DNA of 64,000 bases from an uncultured Acidimicrobiia bacterium (GTDB taxonomy: Bacteria > Actinomycetota > Acidimicrobiia > IMCC26256 > JAENVU01). The notes beneath the pieces are model-generated. The model was not told the origin of the DNA, ran no database searches, and saw only the letters and a program-made list of their open reading frames with translations. The stretch's first letter is position 1; each line of letters opens with the position of its first letter. Position numbers and translations under genes: made by a program. Of the stretch, positions 31,639 to 40,991 are shown piece after piece. The stretch covers positions 1,000,462-1,064,461 of the forward strand of contig CAWFYL010000001.1 of assembly GCA_963820025.1 (NCBI GenBank), in the 5' to 3' direction.

Positions 31639-33258
31639 ATGGCCGTCGAAGAGGAGCACATCCAGGGTGAGGGCGCCGGCGCTGCCGCGCCCGTCGCTCC
31701 CGTTCCCCATCCGATCGAGGAGCGCCTCGCCCATCTCGCCGAGCTGCGCGAAGAGGCGCTGCACGCCGGGAGCCCCGCTGCGGTCGAGCGCCAGCACCAG
31801 CGGGGCAAGCTCACGGTGCGGGAGCGCCTCGAGCTCCTGCTCGACCCGGAGTCGTTCGTCGAGCTCGACATGCTCGCGAGGCATCGGGCCCACGGCTTCG
31901 GCATCGAGAACAGCCGTCCGCTCACCGACGGCGTGATCACCGGCTGGGGCACGATCGACGGTCGCAAGGTGTTCGTGTTCGCCCAGGACTTCACCGTCTT
32001 CGGCGGTGCGCTCGGCGAGGTCTTCGCCGAGAAGATCCACAAGGTGATGGACCTCGCGGAGTCCGTCGGCGCACCCTTCATCGGCCTCAACGACGGCGCC
32101 GGGGCGCGCATCCAGGAGGGTGTCGTCTCGCTCGCGTCGTACGGTGGGATCTTCTACCGCAACGTGCGGGCGTCGGGCGTCATCCCGCAGATCAGCGTCG
32201 TGCTCGGCCCGTGCGCGGGCGGCGCGGTCTACTCGCCCGCGATGACCGACTTCATCTTCATGGTGAAGGACACGTCCTACATGTTCATCACCGGTCCGGA
32301 CGTGGTGAAGGCCGCGACCGGCGAGGACGTCACCCAGCAGGAGCTCGGCGGCGCGATGACGCACGCGACGAAGTCGGGTGTCTCGCACTTCGTCTTCGAC
32401 GACGAGCAGACGTGCCTCGAGCAGGTCCGCTACCTGCTCTCGTTCCTGCCGTCCAACAACCTCGAGGACGCTCCGTACTTCGAGCCGGGGGACGACCCGG
32501 CCCGCCGGTGCGACGCGATCCTCGACCTCATCCCCGACGCTTCGAACAAGCCGTACGACATGAAGAAGGTCATCGCCGAGGTCGTCGACGACGGTGAGTT
32601 CTTCGAGGTCAACGCGCTCTGGGCGATGAACATCGTGTGTGGCTTCGGGCGGGTCGACGGGCACGTCGTGGGCGTCGTCGGCAACCAGCCCCAGGTGCTC
32701 GCAGGCTGCCTGGACATCGACACGTCGGAGAAGGCGGCGCGCTTCGTGCGGACCTGCGACGCGTTCAACATCCCGCTGGTCACCTTCGTCGACGTCCCCG
32801 GGTTCCTGCCCGGCACGAACCAGGAGTACGACGGGATCATCCGGCACGGGGCGAAGCTGCTCTACGCGTACTGCGAGGCGACCGTGCCCCGGGTCCAGAT
32901 CATCACCCGCAAGGGCTACGGCGGCGCGTTCGTCGTCATGAACTCCAAGTCCATCGGCGCGGACCTCGCGTTCGCGTGGCCGTCGGCGGAGATCGCGGTG
33001 ATGGACGCGAACGGTGCGGCCAACATCATCTTCCGGCGCGAGATCGACGCCGCAGACGACCCCGTCGCCAAGAAGGCGGAGCTGGTCGAGCAGTACTCCG
33101 AGCGGTTCGCGAACCCGTACAACGCGGGCGAGCGCGGCTACGTCGACGACGTGATCGACCCCCGCGACACCCGGCGGGTACTGGTCGAGTCGCTCGAGAT
33201 GCTCCGCTCGAAGAAGGAGCAGCTGCCCCAGCGCAAGCACGGAAACGTGCCGCTCTGA
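31639..33258 (+). CDS. pccB: Acyl-CoA (propionyl-CoA) carboxylase beta subunit, carboxyltransferase
   Basis: 539 aa, AccD5/PccB-like throughout (RGKLTVRERLELLLD, GPCAGGAVYSPA, GVVGNQP, RKGYGGA). Confidence 0.9.
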   Translation: MAVEEEHIQGEGAGAAAPVAPVPHPIEERLAHLAELREEALHAGSPAAVERQHQRGKLTVRERLELLLDPESFVELDMLARHRAHGFGIENSRPLTDGVITGWGTIDGRKVFVFAQDFTVFGGALGEVFAEKIHKVMDLAESVGAPFIGLNDGAGARIQEGVVSLASYGGIFYRNVRASGVIPQISVVLGPCAGGAVYSPAMTDFIFMVKDTSYMFITGPDVVKAATGEDVTQQELGGAMTHATKSGVSHFVFDDEQTCLEQVRYLLSFLPSNNLEDAPYFEPGDDPARRCDAILDLIPDASNKPYDMKKVIAEVVDDGEFFEVNALWAMNIVCGFGRVDGHVVGVVGNQPQVLAGCLDIDTSEKAARFVRTCDAFNIPLVTFVDVPGFLPGTNQEYDGIIRHGAKLLYAYCEATVPRVQIITRKGYGGAFVVMNSKSIGADLAFAWPSAEIAVMDANGAANIIFRREIDAADDPVAKKAELVEQYSERFANPYNAGERGYVDDVIDPRDTRRVLVESLEMLRSKKEQLPQRKHGNVPL

Positions 33259-33506
33259 TGGCCGCGCGCCCGGGTCGGGCCCGGCTGCGGTCGATCTCGC
33301 CGGACGCCACGCCGGAGGAGGTCGCGGCGATCACCGCGGCGATCACGGCCTCGATGGCGTCGGGGTCCCGCGTCGCCGGAGACGGCAGCCCGGCTGACGA
33401 GGGCTCGCACTGGGTGCAGGCGGCCCGGCTCACCGGTCGGCGCGGGTCCTACTCCCGCGGCGAGTGGCGGCTGTCCGGCCGGCTCGGCCGCCGCAGCCGC
33501 GCGTGA
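33258..33506 (+). CDS. Acyl-CoA carboxylase epsilon subunit (small accessory peptide)
   Basis: 82 aa; its ATG shares one base with the pccB TGA. ATPEEVAAITAAI is typical of AccE-like peptides. Confidence 0.6.
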   Translation: MAARPGRARLRSISPDATPEEVAAITAAITASMASGSRVAGDGSPADEGSHWVQAARLTGRRGSYSRGEWRLSGRLGRRSRA

Positions 33507-34618
33507 CCGTCCGCAACGCGGAGGTCATGAGCGTCGGAACCGACGACGTCGTGGTCACGTTCGTCACCGATCCGGGCGTGACCGTGACGTCGCGGGTGGG
33601 GGACACCGAGACCGTGACCGTGGGACCGCACCACGTCGCCCGTGTTGCGGACCTGGTCCCGGGCACCACGTACGACGTGTCGGTCGGCGGCGCGGCGGTC
33701 GACGACTTCCTCCCCGCATCGGTGACCACACTCGAAGTGCCGGCCGGACCGCTGCTCGCCACGATCGCCACCGTCAACGACGTGCACTTCGGCGAGACCG
33801 AGTGCGGCCGGATGGACGGCGTGATGGAGGAGGAGCTCGGGCCCGTACTGCGGGCGCTTCCCGGCGAGCCGCCGTACCCCGAGACGATGAACCGCGCTGC
33901 GATCGCCGAGATCGAGGCGCTGGACCCCGACCTCGTCCTGGTGAAGGGTGATCTCACGAACCTCGGCACCGACGAGGAGTACGCCGCGTTCCTCGATGCG
34001 TACGGGCAGCTCGGCGACCGCATGCACCACGTGCGCGGGAACCACGACGCGATGCTCGACGCCTCGATGGCACTCGAGGGCGCGCCGTACGCACTGGAAG
34101 TCGGCGGCGTGACCCTGGCGGTGCTCGACACCGTGCAGCCGGGCATCGACCGCGGGCAGCTCACCGATGAACAGCTGCACTGGCTCGACGACCTCGCCGC
34201 GACCGTGACCGGGCCGGTGCTCGTCTTCGGCCACCATCACCCGTGGGACCTCGACGCGGCGGAGCGTGGCAGCGAGTACTTCGGGATCAACCCCGACGAC
34301 AGCGAAGCGCTCGGCGCGGTCGTCGCCGCACGGGAGAACATCGTCGGCTACTTCGCCGGCCACACGCACCGCAACCGCGTCCGCCGCTCGGCGCGGGCCC
34401 GGCACGTCCCCTTCACCGAGATCAGCGCCACGAAGGACTATCCCGGCGTGTGGGCCGAGTACCGGGTGTACGAGCACGGGTTCACGCAGGTGGTCCGGCG
34501 CATTGCGTCGCCGGCGGCGCTCGAGTGGACCGAGCGCACCCGACCGATGTTCGCCGGCCTCTACCGCGCGTACGCGCTCGGCCGGCTCGACCACCGCTGC
34601 TTCACCGAGACCTGGTAG
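33503..34618 (+). CDS. Calcineurin-like metallophosphoesterase
   Basis: Motifs NDVHFG, GDLTNLG, GNHD, GHHHP and GHTHRN. The start is either GTG 33503 (GTGA overlap with the preceding stop) or GTG 33464. Confidence 0.8.
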   Translation: MTVRNAEVMSVGTDDVVVTFVTDPGVTVTSRVGDTETVTVGPHHVARVADLVPGTTYDVSVGGAAVDDFLPASVTTLEVPAGPLLATIATVNDVHFGETECGRMDGVMEEELGPVLRALPGEPPYPETMNRAAIAEIEALDPDLVLVKGDLTNLGTDEEYAAFLDAYGQLGDRMHHVRGNHDAMLDASMALEGAPYALEVGGVTLAVLDTVQPGIDRGQLTDEQLHWLDDLAATVTGPVLVFGHHHPWDLDAAERGSEYFGINPDDSEALGAVVAARENIVGYFAGHTHRNRVRRSARARHVPFTEISATKDYPGVWAEYRVYEHGFTQVVRRIASPAALEWTERTRPMFAGLYRAYALGRLDHRCFTETW

Positions 34619-34653
34619 CGCCCTTCTGGGTCGCTCCGGACGCCTGGGGCCGA

Positions 34654-36669
34654 CTAGAGGGCGCGGGCGGCGGTGTGGCCGTCGAAGATCGCCCGGTCGG
34701 CCCAGCGCACGGCGACCGCGTCGCCGATCCGCACGACCTCGTCGACCGCGCCTTGCAACGCGAAGTACAGATCCGCGCACGGCTCGCCGTGGGTCCGGAT
34801 CACGACGGTGTCGGCGTCGAGCGTCGACAGCTCGTAGGTGAGCGCGTCGGCCACGGTGACGGTGTGGTCACCGATCTGCACCAGGGCGGTGTTCGGCCGC
34901 CACACCATCCCCGCGCGCGCGGCACGGGGCAACGCGCGGGAGTTCGTCTCGTTGTCGATCAGGATCGGGCTCGGCAGGGGCGTGACCGTCGTGACCTGAT
35001 TGCCCGCAAGCGCGAGCGCGTGGCCGATCCCGATGGCTGCGATGTCGCCCACCGCGTCGAGCATCACGATCCGCTCGCCCAGCGCGCCCGGGTCGGCGAG
35101 GAGCTCGACGAGCGCGTGCTCGTGGTCGATCACCCAGGATCGGTCGGCGCCGGACACGGGCAACGGGTGCCACTTGCTCGGGGTGCCGGTCGTCGCCCGT
35201 CCCCCGGTCGCGACGACGACCGCGTCCGGCTCGAGCGCGAGCACCGCGTCGGTCGTCGCGTGCACGCCGAGCCGGATGTCGACACCGCGGCGACCGCACT
35301 CGGCCACACGCCAGTCGGCGAAGTCCGCGAGCTCCTCCCGCCCCGGGAGCGCGGCCGCGAGGCGGATCTTGCCCCCGAGCTGGTTGTCGCGCTCGAGCAG
35401 GGTCACGTCGTGGCCGCGCGCCGTGGCGACCCACGCGGCCTCGAGTCCGCCCGGTCCGCCGCCGACGACGACCACACGCTTGGGTCGCCGCGCCGGTGTC
35501 AACGGACCGCCGAGGCTCGCCTCGCGCCCGGTGACCGGGTTCGTGACGCACGTGATCGGCAGCCCGGCGGTGAGGTTGCCGTAGCACCCCTGGTTGCAGC
35601 CGGTGCAGTGCCGGATCTCGTCGGTCCTTCCGGCGCGGGCCTTCTCGGGCCAGCTCGGGTCGGCGATGAGTGCCCGCACGACCGTGACCGCGTCCGCCGC
35701 GCCGTCGGCGATCACTCCCTCGGCCTCGTCGGGCGTGAGCACCCGGTGGACCGCGAAGACCGGGGTCCCGTGCAACGCAGCCCGCACCGTGCGGGTCGCC
35801 GCGACGCCGAGCAGGTGCGGCGAGTACAGCGGGCGGACCATGCCCATCCCCGAGGTGCCGACGCTCACGTTCACGAAGTCGACGAGGCCCGCGCCCTCGA
35901 GGCGCGCCGCGATCTCGGCCGCGTCGTCGGGTCCGAGGCCGGAGCCGTCGCGGATCTCCTCGTCGCCCACGAGCCGCACACCGACAGCTATCGCGTCGCC
36001 CACCGCGGCGCGCACCGCGCGGAGCACCTCGACGCAGAACCGCATCCGGCCGTCGAGGTCGCCGCCGTACTCGTCGGTGCGGTGGTTGCTGTGCGGTGAG
36101 AGGAACTCGTGGATCAGGTAGCCGTGGGCGGCGTGGACCTCGACGCCGTCGAGCCCGGCCGCGGCGCAGTTCGCGGCCGAACGGGCGAAGCCGTCGACGA
36201 CCGCCGCGATCTCGTGGTGCTCGATCGGCTTGGGCGGCTCCATGTAGTTCGCGACGAGCGAGGGTGCCCAGGCCGGGAGCTTCGACCACGCGCCCCCGTT
36301 CACCCCGCCGTTGTGCGCGAGCTGGAGGAACCCGAGCGCGCCGTGTGCGTGCACCGCGCCCGCCACCTCGGTGAGACCGGGCACCGCGGCGGCATCCCAG
36401 GCGCTCGCGTTGTTCGGCATCTGGTACGCAGTCGTCGGGTGCACTGCGGCCTGGCCGCCGATCACGATGCCCGCGCCACCCCGCGCGAACTCACCCAGGT
36501 ACCGCGCGTACCGGGTGCCGTAGTGGCCGGGCTCGCCCGGGGTCGTCGGCTCGGTGAACTGCGTGAAGTGCGCGCCCACCACGATCCGGTTCCGCGCCTC
36601 GACCGGCCCGATCCGCATCGGCGAGAAGAGATGCGGGAACGACGGTGACGGGTCCGGCGGCGGGGTCAT
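34654..36669 (-). CDS. NADH:flavin oxidoreductase fused to an FAD/NAD(P)-binding domain (2,4-dienoyl-CoA reductase FadH-like)
   Basis: 671 aa. Old-yellow-enzyme TIM-barrel N-terminus (HAAHGYLIHEFLSP), Cys cluster CTGCNQGC and Rossmann VVVVGGGPGGLE. Confidence 0.85.
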   Translation of the reverse strand: MTPPPDPSPSFPHLFSPMRIGPVEARNRIVVGAHFTQFTEPTTPGEPGHYGTRYARYLGEFARGGAGIVIGGQAAVHPTTAYQMPNNASAWDAAAVPGLTEVAGAVHAHGALGFLQLAHNGGVNGGAWSKLPAWAPSLVANYMEPPKPIEHHEIAAVVDGFARSAANCAAAGLDGVEVHAAHGYLIHEFLSPHSNHRTDEYGGDLDGRMRFCVEVLRAVRAAVGDAIAVGVRLVGDEEIRDGSGLGPDDAAEIAARLEGAGLVDFVNVSVGTSGMGMVRPLYSPHLLGVAATRTVRAALHGTPVFAVHRVLTPDEAEGVIADGAADAVTVVRALIADPSWPEKARAGRTDEIRHCTGCNQGCYGNLTAGLPITCVTNPVTGREASLGGPLTPARRPKRVVVVGGGPGGLEAAWVATARGHDVTLLERDNQLGGKIRLAAALPGREELADFADWRVAECGRRGVDIRLGVHATTDAVLALEPDAVVVATGGRATTGTPSKWHPLPVSGADRSWVIDHEHALVELLADPGALGERIVMLDAVGDIAAIGIGHALALAGNQVTTVTPLPSPILIDNETNSRALPRAARAGMVWRPNTALVQIGDHTVTVADALTYELSTLDADTVVIRTHGEPCADLYFALQGAVDEVVRIGDAVAVRWADRAIFDGHTAARAL

Positions 36670-36695
36670 GCGTTGCGCTTTCTATCCTGTCGGGG

Positions 36696-37877
36696 GTGCA
36701 GGCACTCGCGGGGCTCCGGGTCGTGGACATCGCAACCGTATTGGCGGGGCCCGGGGTCGCCCGCTACCTGGCCGACTTCGGCGCCGACGTGGTGAAGGTC
36801 GAGAGCCCGCGGGGTGACGGGACCCGCCGCATGGGCTGGATCGACCCCCGGGACGGCGAGTCCTTCATGTGGAAGCTGCTCGGGCGGGGGAAGCGGGCGG
36901 CGGTGCTCGATCTCAAGACCGACGCCGGGCTCGACACGATGCGGCGCCTGCTCGACACCGCGGACGTGCTCATCGAGAACTTCCGGCCCGGGACCCTCGA
37001 GCGGCTGGGGCTGGATCCGGACGACCTGCTGGCCCGGAACCCCGGCCTCGTGGTCCTGCGGATCACGGGGTTCGGCCAGGAGGGCCCGTACTCGGGCCGC
37101 CCCGGGTTCGCCACGATGGCCGAGGCGATGAGCGGGTTCGCCGCGATCAACGGCGAGCCGGACGGCGCGCCCCTCCTCCCGCCGATCGCGCTGACCGACG
37201 AGGTGACCGCGCTCGCCGGGGCGTTCGCCGTCATGGTCGCGCTCCGCCACCGCGACCGCACCGGCGAGGGCCAGGTCGTCGACGTGAACCTGCTCGAGAC
37301 GATGCTGCAGCTGATGGGTGCGCTTCCGAGCGCGCACGCGCACCTCGGCTACCTGCAACCGCGGCTCGGCAGCGGGATCCCGTACACGGTCCCGCGCGGG
37401 ACCTACCAGTGCGCGGACGGACGCTGGATCGCGATCTCGACGTCCGCGGAGTCCGTCGCGCACCGGGTGATGGCCTTGCTCGGGGTCGGCGACGACCCAC
37501 GGTTCGTCACCTTCGAGGGGCGGGTCGAGCACCGCGCCGAGCTCGACCGGATCGTCGCCGACTGGGTCGGCGCCCGGACCTCGGATGACGTGCTCGCCGC
37601 GTTCGAAGCGGCCGAGGCTGCGATCGCACCCGTGTACTCCATGGCCGACCTCATGGCCGATCCGCACGTCGCGGCGCGGGGTGCGATCGTGGATGTCGAC
37701 GGGGTCCGGATGCCGGGGCTGCTCGCTCGCATGTCCCGGACGCCGGGCGAGGTGCGCCACGCGGGCCGCCCGCTCGGCGCGGACACCGAGGTCGTCGTCG
37801 AGGAGCTGTGGGGCCGGCGCCCGGACGAGCCCGGAACGGGGCCCGGACGCGAGACGCCCCGAGGAGTGTCGGAGTAG
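36696..37877 (+). CDS. Family III CoA-transferase (CaiB/BaiF type)
   Basis: LAGLRVVDIATVLAGPGVARYLADFGADVVKVE motif. GTG 36696 is preferred; the ORF-track start at 36645 would overlap the divergent gene. Confidence 0.85.
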   Translation: MQALAGLRVVDIATVLAGPGVARYLADFGADVVKVESPRGDGTRRMGWIDPRDGESFMWKLLGRGKRAAVLDLKTDAGLDTMRRLLDTADVLIENFRPGTLERLGLDPDDLLARNPGLVVLRITGFGQEGPYSGRPGFATMAEAMSGFAAINGEPDGAPLLPPIALTDEVTALAGAFAVMVALRHRDRTGEGQVVDVNLLETMLQLMGALPSAHAHLGYLQPRLGSGIPYTVPRGTYQCADGRWIAISTSAESVAHRVMALLGVGDDPRFVTFEGRVEHRAELDRIVADWVGARTSDDVLAAFEAAEAAIAPVYSMADLMADPHVAARGAIVDVDGVRMPGLLARMSRTPGEVRHAGRPLGADTEVVVEELWGRRPDEPGTGPGRETPRGVSE

Positions 37878-38189
37878 AGACCTCGCCCTGCGGCAAGGGC
37901 CCCAACGGCTCCTCGGGACGTCGCTGCGGGCATTGTGCACCAGCCGCCCCGGGTTTTCCAGAGCCTGCTGTGGACAAAGGTGTGGACGACCACTCCCATC
38001 TGGGGAGGAAGACCGAGAAATTCCCGTCCGGTTTGATGGGATCGCGGAAGGTATGCCGGGTTTCCGACCCCCGTCTGGAGTGGGGCATCCCCCGTGGACG
38101 GCCCGAGGGAGGGCGCGGTGGACGACGGCGTTTCCCCCGCGGACCGGATGCGCTACGAATGGTGACCGGTCGACCGGCAAGGGGGCCCC

Positions 38190-39998
38190 GTGAGTCCGAT
38201 CACGAACCGAGAGCTGCTGGAAGCGGTCCGCGGTCGCACCGTGCCCGCCTGCTTCGTCGAGACCGTCCGGGCCCGGCCCGACGCGGTCGCCCTGCGCTGG
38301 AAGGACGGCGACTCGTGGCGGCACTGGACCTGGACCGACTACGCGCAGCGGGCGACCCGCCTCGCCGCCAGCCTGCGCGCGCTCGGCGTGTCGCCCGGCG
38401 ACCGCGTCGTCCTCATGATGCGCAACCGGCCCGAGTTCCACGTGGCCGACCTGGCGGTGCTCCTGCTCGGTGCGACCCCGATCTCGATCTACAACTCGTC
38501 CGCGCCGGAGCAGGTCCGTTACCTCGTCGGGCACTGCGAGGCGACGGTCGCGATCCTGGAGGACGACGCGTACCTCGAACGCTTCGTCGAGGTGCGCGAC
38601 GCGCTGCCGCAGCTGGCGCACGTCGTCACCATCGAGGCCGAGGCTGCCCGTCCCGCCGGCGTCCTCGCCTGGGGTGACCTGATGGAGTCGGTCCCGCTCG
38701 ACCTCGACGAGGCCGCGGCCATCGCGCAGCCGAGCGACATCGCGACGGTCATCTACACGTCGGGGACCACCGGCCCGCCGAAGGGCGTGCTGCTCGATCA
38801 CGAGAACATCTGCTGGACGATCGAGAGCCTCCGGCTCTGCCTCGCCGAACTCGCCACGGCCGGGCGGCGCGTCGTGTCCTACCTCCCGATGGCGCACATC
38901 GCGGAGCGCATGACCTCGCACTACCAGGGCGTCGCGCTCGGCTACGAGGTCTCGACCTGCCCCGAGGGCGGACAGATCGCGCAGTACCTGACCGACGTCC
39001 GGCCCGAGATCTTCTTTTCGGTCCCGCGGGTGTGGGAGAAGATGCATTCGGGGATCATTGCGATCGCGGGCGCCGACCCGGCGCGCCGGGAGCAGCTCGA
39101 GGCCGCGCTCGGCGTCGGGCTCAAGGTCTCGGACTGCCGGGCCCGAGACGAGGAGCTGCCCGACGACCTCCGCGCCGAGTGGGAAGCCGCCGAGCGCGAC
39201 ACGCTCGCGCTGGTCCGTTCGATCGTCGGGCTCGACGAGTGCATCGCCGCGATCAGCGGCGCCGCGCCCATCTCGGTCGAGGTCCTCGACTTCTTCCGCG
39301 CGCTCGGGGTGCCGATCTCCGAGATCTACGGCATGAGCGAGTCGTCGGGCCCGATGACCTGGGAGCCGTTCCGGATCAAGGCCGGCAGCGTCGGTCCGGC
39401 GATCCCCGGCAGCGAGGTGCGCCTGGCCGAGGACGGTGAGGTCATCGCCCGTGGTGGCAACGTCTTTCGCGGGTACCTCAACGACCCCGAGAAGACCGCT
39501 GACGCGCTCGACGCCGACGGCTGGCTCCACTCCGGCGACATCGGCGTGTTCGACGAGGACGGCTACCTGCGCATCGTCGACCGCAAGAAGGAGCTGATCA
39601 TCACCGCGGGCGGCAAGAACGTGTCCCCCGCGAACCTCGAAGCCGCGCTCAAGGCCCAGGACCTGATCGGGCAGGCGTGCGTCATCGGCGAGGCCCGCCC
39701 CTTCATCGCCGCGCTCGTCGTCCTCGATCCCGAGGTCGCGCCCGGGTGGGCGAGCCGTCAGGGCATCCGCGCCACCAGCATCGCCGAGCTCGCTGACCAC
39801 CCCGAGGTCGTCGCCGAGGTGGACCGCGAGGTCAGGGCGGCGATGGAGTCGTTCAACCAGGCCGAGCAGGTGAAGAAGGTGAAGCTCCTCTGCGACGAGT
39901 GGGTCGCGGACTCTCCGGAGCTGACGCCGACGATGAAGTTGAAGCGACGGGGGATTGCGGCGAAGTATGCGCTGGAGATCGAGGAGCTGTATTCGTGA
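38190..39998 (+). CDS. AMP-dependent acyl-CoA synthetase (long-chain fatty-acid-CoA ligase-like)
   Basis: 602 aa with AMP-binding signature YTSGTTGPPKGV, plus GYLHSGDIG and KNVSPANLE. Confidence 0.85.
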   Translation: MSPITNRELLEAVRGRTVPACFVETVRARPDAVALRWKDGDSWRHWTWTDYAQRATRLAASLRALGVSPGDRVVLMMRNRPEFHVADLAVLLLGATPISIYNSSAPEQVRYLVGHCEATVAILEDDAYLERFVEVRDALPQLAHVVTIEAEAARPAGVLAWGDLMESVPLDLDEAAAIAQPSDIATVIYTSGTTGPPKGVLLDHENICWTIESLRLCLAELATAGRRVVSYLPMAHIAERMTSHYQGVALGYEVSTCPEGGQIAQYLTDVRPEIFFSVPRVWEKMHSGIIAIAGADPARREQLEAALGVGLKVSDCRARDEELPDDLRAEWEAAERDTLALVRSIVGLDECIAAISGAAPISVEVLDFFRALGVPISEIYGMSESSGPMTWEPFRIKAGSVGPAIPGSEVRLAEDGEVIARGGNVFRGYLNDPEKTADALDADGWLHSGDIGVFDEDGYLRIVDRKKELIITAGGKNVSPANLEAALKAQDLIGQACVIGEARPFIAALVVLDPEVAPGWASRQGIRATSIAELADHPEVVAEVDREVRAAMESFNQAEQVKKVKLLCDEWVADSPELTPTMKLKRRGIAAKYALEIEELYS

Positions 39999-40216
39999 GG
40001 TGAGCTGTGTTCCTGTCGTCCCAGTTGTCACGGGGCCGATCGGGGGACATGGCCATTCGCTCGGACAGTCTGCGAGCTGAGGGGCGCTCGCAGAACTCGC
40101 TCGGTGGCCACACCCCGGCTCGTCCCCTGGGCTGCGAGACGCGACTGACTTCTGCGTGTGCACTTCCGCGCGTGGTTCGCCGCTCTTGGGAGACAAGGGC
40201 GGGGGAGTGCTTCGGG

Positions 40217-40991
40217 TCAGTCGGGTTGGGCGATTTCCACGTGGTCGCGGCCTCGGGCGCGGGCGCTCTCGAGGGCGCGGCCGGCCTGGTCGACGAGCTC
40301 GGGCGCGTTCGAGCGCGTGGCTCGGGTAGCAGGCGATGCCCGCCGAGATCGTGAGGGAGTCGCCGACCGGGCTGCTGTGCAGCGTGCCGCGGACGCGCTC
40401 GGCGGCCCAGACCGCGCCGGCCTCGGCCGTGTCCTCGAGCACCGCGGCGGCCATCGTGTCGCCGATGCGGCAGGCGGCGTCGCACTCGCGCAACGTGCGC
40501 CGCACGACCGCGCCGAGGACGCCGAGCGCCTGGTGCTGGGTGTCGGAGTCCGAGCGGCCGACGCCATCGAGCTCGAAGATCACCACGGACACCGGCTGGA
40601 GCTGGCGGCGGGCCGCCGCGACCCGCTGCTGGACGATGACCTTGAAGAACTGCTGCTCGAGCAGGCCCGAGACGGGATCGATCAGCGGTTCCGAGTCGGC
40701 GCGCTCGGCTGCGGACTCCTCGGCCGAGCTCCTCCGGGTCGCCTCCTCGGCGAAGATGGCCGCGAGGGCATCGAGCTCGCGCCGGAGCCGGGCGCGGTCG
40801 ACGCTCATCTCGTGGAGCTGTTCCTCGGTGGTTCGCGTCCGGGCGCCGAGCGCGGTCGCGGCGATGGCCGCGAGCAGCCCGAAGAAGCCGCTGAGCACGG
40901 CGAGCTCGGGGATCCCCAGCACTCCGACCGCGATGCCGATCGCCAGCGAGGCGAACCCGGCCCCGATCGAGAACGCGAGTCGGCGGTCCAT
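40217..40991 (-). pseudogene. Membrane-anchored degenerate GGDEF-domain protein, reading frame broken near the 3' end
   Basis: Two TM helices, a coiled linker, then a GGDEF fold (IDPVSGLLEQQFF...VIFELDG). The signature position reads RIGDTMAA instead of RxGGDEF. The C-terminus (NAPELVDQAGRALESARARGRDHV) is in ORF 40217..40567, joined near 40312. Its ATG shares a base with the meaA stop. Confidence 0.7.

Noticed and set aside
38035-38166. 43-codon ORF (MGSRKVCRVSDPRLEWGIPRGRPEGGRGG...) in the long intergenic region
   Set aside because: Arg/Gly-rich, non-protein-like composition, no ribosome-binding site, and it overlaps the repeat motifs. Probably non-coding.
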